Assembly (NCBI GenBank): GCA_963845215.1
Contig: CAWJRK010000016.1
Location: forward strand, 74,609-138,608
Direction: 5' to 3'
Length of the DNA: 64,000 nucleotides
DNA from: an uncultured Actinomycetota bacterium
GTDB lineage: Bacteria > Actinomycetota > Actinomycetes > Propionibacteriales > Nocardioidaceae
The translations under genes and the position numbers were made by a program. A model generated the notes under the pieces. That model saw nothing but the letters and a program-made list of their open reading frames with translations. It did not search any database and was not told where the DNA came from. Shown piece by piece: positions 62,259 through 64,000 of the stretch. Every line of letters starts with the position of its first letter. Position 1 is the first letter of the stretch.

Positions 62259-63168
62259 CCTGACGGTTCGCCAACCCGGAGCGGGCGGCGCGTTGCTCGG
62301 TGGTCAGGTCGGAGGAGTCGGCCAGCGCCTCGTCGAGCGCGGCGCGGAACTTCGCCGCCGGCTCCTCCAGCACCTCCGCGCCGGTGCCGAGCGGCAGGTC
62401 CCAGACCGGGGCCAGCAGTCCGTGGGCCCGGAACATGCCGACCAGCCGGGCATCGGGCACGATCACGTCCTGGCCGGCGGCGTGCAGGCGCGAGAGCGCG
62501 TCGAGCAGCTGGTTCTCCGGCTCCGGCATCACCCAGCGCAGGTGCTCCTTGGGCCCGACGTCGGTCCAGTACGCCGCCTCGACCGACGCCAGCCGGGCGG
62601 TGGGGGTCGCGGACTCGTTGGCCTGCTCGAGCGCACCGGCCATGGCGTCGTTGCCGTCGACGTCGGCCACCCAGTAGTCGAAGCCCTCGTGCACGGTGAC
62701 GTCGAGCGAGGTGTTGGTCAGCAGGTCCTGGAGCCGCGGGCCCTCGCCCGGAGGGTCGGTGAGACCGACGATGCCGGGCTCGGCGTCGAGCGCCTTGAGC
62801 AGCACCGCCGCGAGGTCGCGTGACGGGTCGCCGAAGCTGTGCTGCACCTGCAGCCCGAGCCAGATCTCGCCGCTGTCGCGCGACATGGCGGGCGCAGCCA
62901 TCGGCAGCAGAGTGCACAGCTGGACCGTGCGGTCGGTGTCGCGCACGCTCAACGGCGCGGTGGCGGCCGGCACCAGCTCGCGCAGCGCCACGAGGTCGCA
63001 CTCGCCCGCGAGTCCCTCGAAGGGGCGGCCGACGTACACGTCGGTAGCTCCGCCGGGCCCACCGTGGCAGGCCTTGTAGCGCTTGCCGGAGCCGCACGGG
63101 CAGGGCTGGCGTGGTCCGACGGCACCTTCGGTGACGGCAGGGGACTTCGTGCGGGAACGCTTGGCCAT
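62245..63168 (-). CDS. SEC-C motif protein (DUF5926-like)
   Basis: PCPCGSGKRYKACHG, FRAHGLLAPVWDL. Confidence 0.8.
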   Translation of the reverse strand: MAKRSRTKSPAVTEGAVGPRQPCPCGSGKRYKACHGGPGGATDVYVGRPFEGLAGECDLVALRELVPAATAPLSVRDTDRTVQLCTLLPMAAPAMSRDSGEIWLGLQVQHSFGDPSRDLAAVLLKALDAEPGIVGLTDPPGEGPRLQDLLTNTSLDVTVHEGFDYWVADVDGNDAMAGALEQANESATPTARLASVEAAYWTDVGPKEHLRWVMPEPENQLLDALSRLHAAGQDVIVPDARLVGMFRAHGLLAPVWDLPLGTGAEVLEEPAAKFRAALDEALADSSDLTTEQRAARSGLANRQVTIR

Positions 63169-63178
63169 GGCGCAGACG

Positions 63179-63970
63179 CTACTTGTCCAGCAGTTCCATC
63201 ACGTACGCCGGGCGGTCGGTGATCACTGCCTTGACCCCGTTGTCCTGGCAGAGCTGCAGGTCCTCCTCGGTGTTGACCGTCCACACGTGGATGTCGTGGC
63301 CGGCCTTGGTGATCCGACGGCCGAGCTTGGGGTGCTCGCGCAGCTCGGCGATGCCCGGGCCGACGATCCAGTCCTGGCCGATCACGCGGCGCAGCATGGG
63401 CCAGTACTGCGCCCGGTCGATCAGCTGCACGAGCTGTACGTCCGGCGCCATCCGCTCGACGCGTTGCAGCGCGGTGAAGGAGAAGCTCATCACCCGCACC
63501 GGCGAGCCAGGCCGGTCCCAGCCGAAGTCGCGCAGCATCTCCACGACCCGCTTCTCGACCAGACCGCTGTAGCGCGTGGGGTGCTTGGTCTCCACGGCCA
63601 CCTCGACCCGGCGCTCGTAGTCGGCGACCATCTCCAGCAGCTTGCGCAGGGTCAGCAGCCCGTCGAGGGTCTCGTCGCGGTCGGGTGCCTCGTCGTCGAG
63701 GTCGGACCACGGGTTCTTCCACGACGCGAAGTCCAGCTCGGAGAGCTCGGAGAGCTCCATCGTCGACACGGTGCCCTTGTGGCTCGCCGTCCGCCGCAGG
63801 TCGCGGTCGTGCACGCAGACCAGGTGTCCGTCGGCGGTCAGCCGGACGTCGCACTCGAGCCCGTCGGCGCCGGCGTCGAGCGCGGCGATGTACGCGCCGA
63901 GGGTGTGCTCGGCGTTCTCGTGGCTCGCACCCCGGTGGGCGACCACTTGAGGGCGCGGCCGCTCGCTCAT
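63179..63970 (-). CDS. Glycerophosphodiester phosphodiesterase
   Basis: AHRGAS, ECDV, HD, ETK, WTVN, ITDRP. Confidence 0.92.
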   Translation of the reverse strand: MSERPRPQVVAHRGASHENAEHTLGAYIAALDAGADGLECDVRLTADGHLVCVHDRDLRRTASHKGTVSTMELSELSELDFASWKNPWSDLDDEAPDRDETLDGLLTLRKLLEMVADYERRVEVAVETKHPTRYSGLVEKRVVEMLRDFGWDRPGSPVRVMSFSFTALQRVERMAPDVQLVQLIDRAQYWPMLRRVIGQDWIVGPGIAELREHPKLGRRITKAGHDIHVWTVNTEEDLQLCQDNGVKAVITDRPAYVMELLDK

Positions 63971-64000
63971 GTCTCCATTGTGGACCCCCACCGGGGCTCC

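Overview
High-GC actinobacterial DNA, Nocardioides-like by gene content (inference). There are four blocks. (1) 1-17 kb: choline/glycine-betaine uptake and oxidation (ABC ATPase, betA, betB, BCCT, IclR, purU). A HipBA toxin-antitoxin pair interrupts it. It is followed by an anaerobe-type corrinoid methyltransferase module (non-pyrrolysine MttB/MtgB, corrinoid protein, pterin-binding methyltransferase, RamA/RACo activator, DUF1638-like protein, MetF). A shared 17-bp palindrome marks most promoters of this block. (2) 17.9-36.2 kb: a complete group 1h (high-affinity) [NiFe]-hydrogenase cluster with hyp genes, SIS/GmhA-like genes, several small ORFs and two GAF-ANTAR regulators, ending at tRNA-Arg. 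(3) 36.7-43.2 kb: pckG, NmrA/MarR and tRNA-Ser genes. Next to tRNA-Ser(GCT) is the most novel-looking element: a TrmB/LuxR-type regulator convergent with a 47-aa secreted 'DTSWG' peptide gene whose 3' UTR holds a 6C-like RNA. This is a candidate peptide-signalling/sRNA (agr/RNAIII-like) system. (4) 43-64 kb: mostly core genes (nitrilase, mobA, bpa, HADs, serS, PAP2-DAGK, ECF sigma/anti-sigma, S8 protease, pheA, arcA, adenylate cyclase). Roughly 18 genes carry frameshifts, most likely long-read assembly errors. All family assignments come from motif recognition, not database searches.
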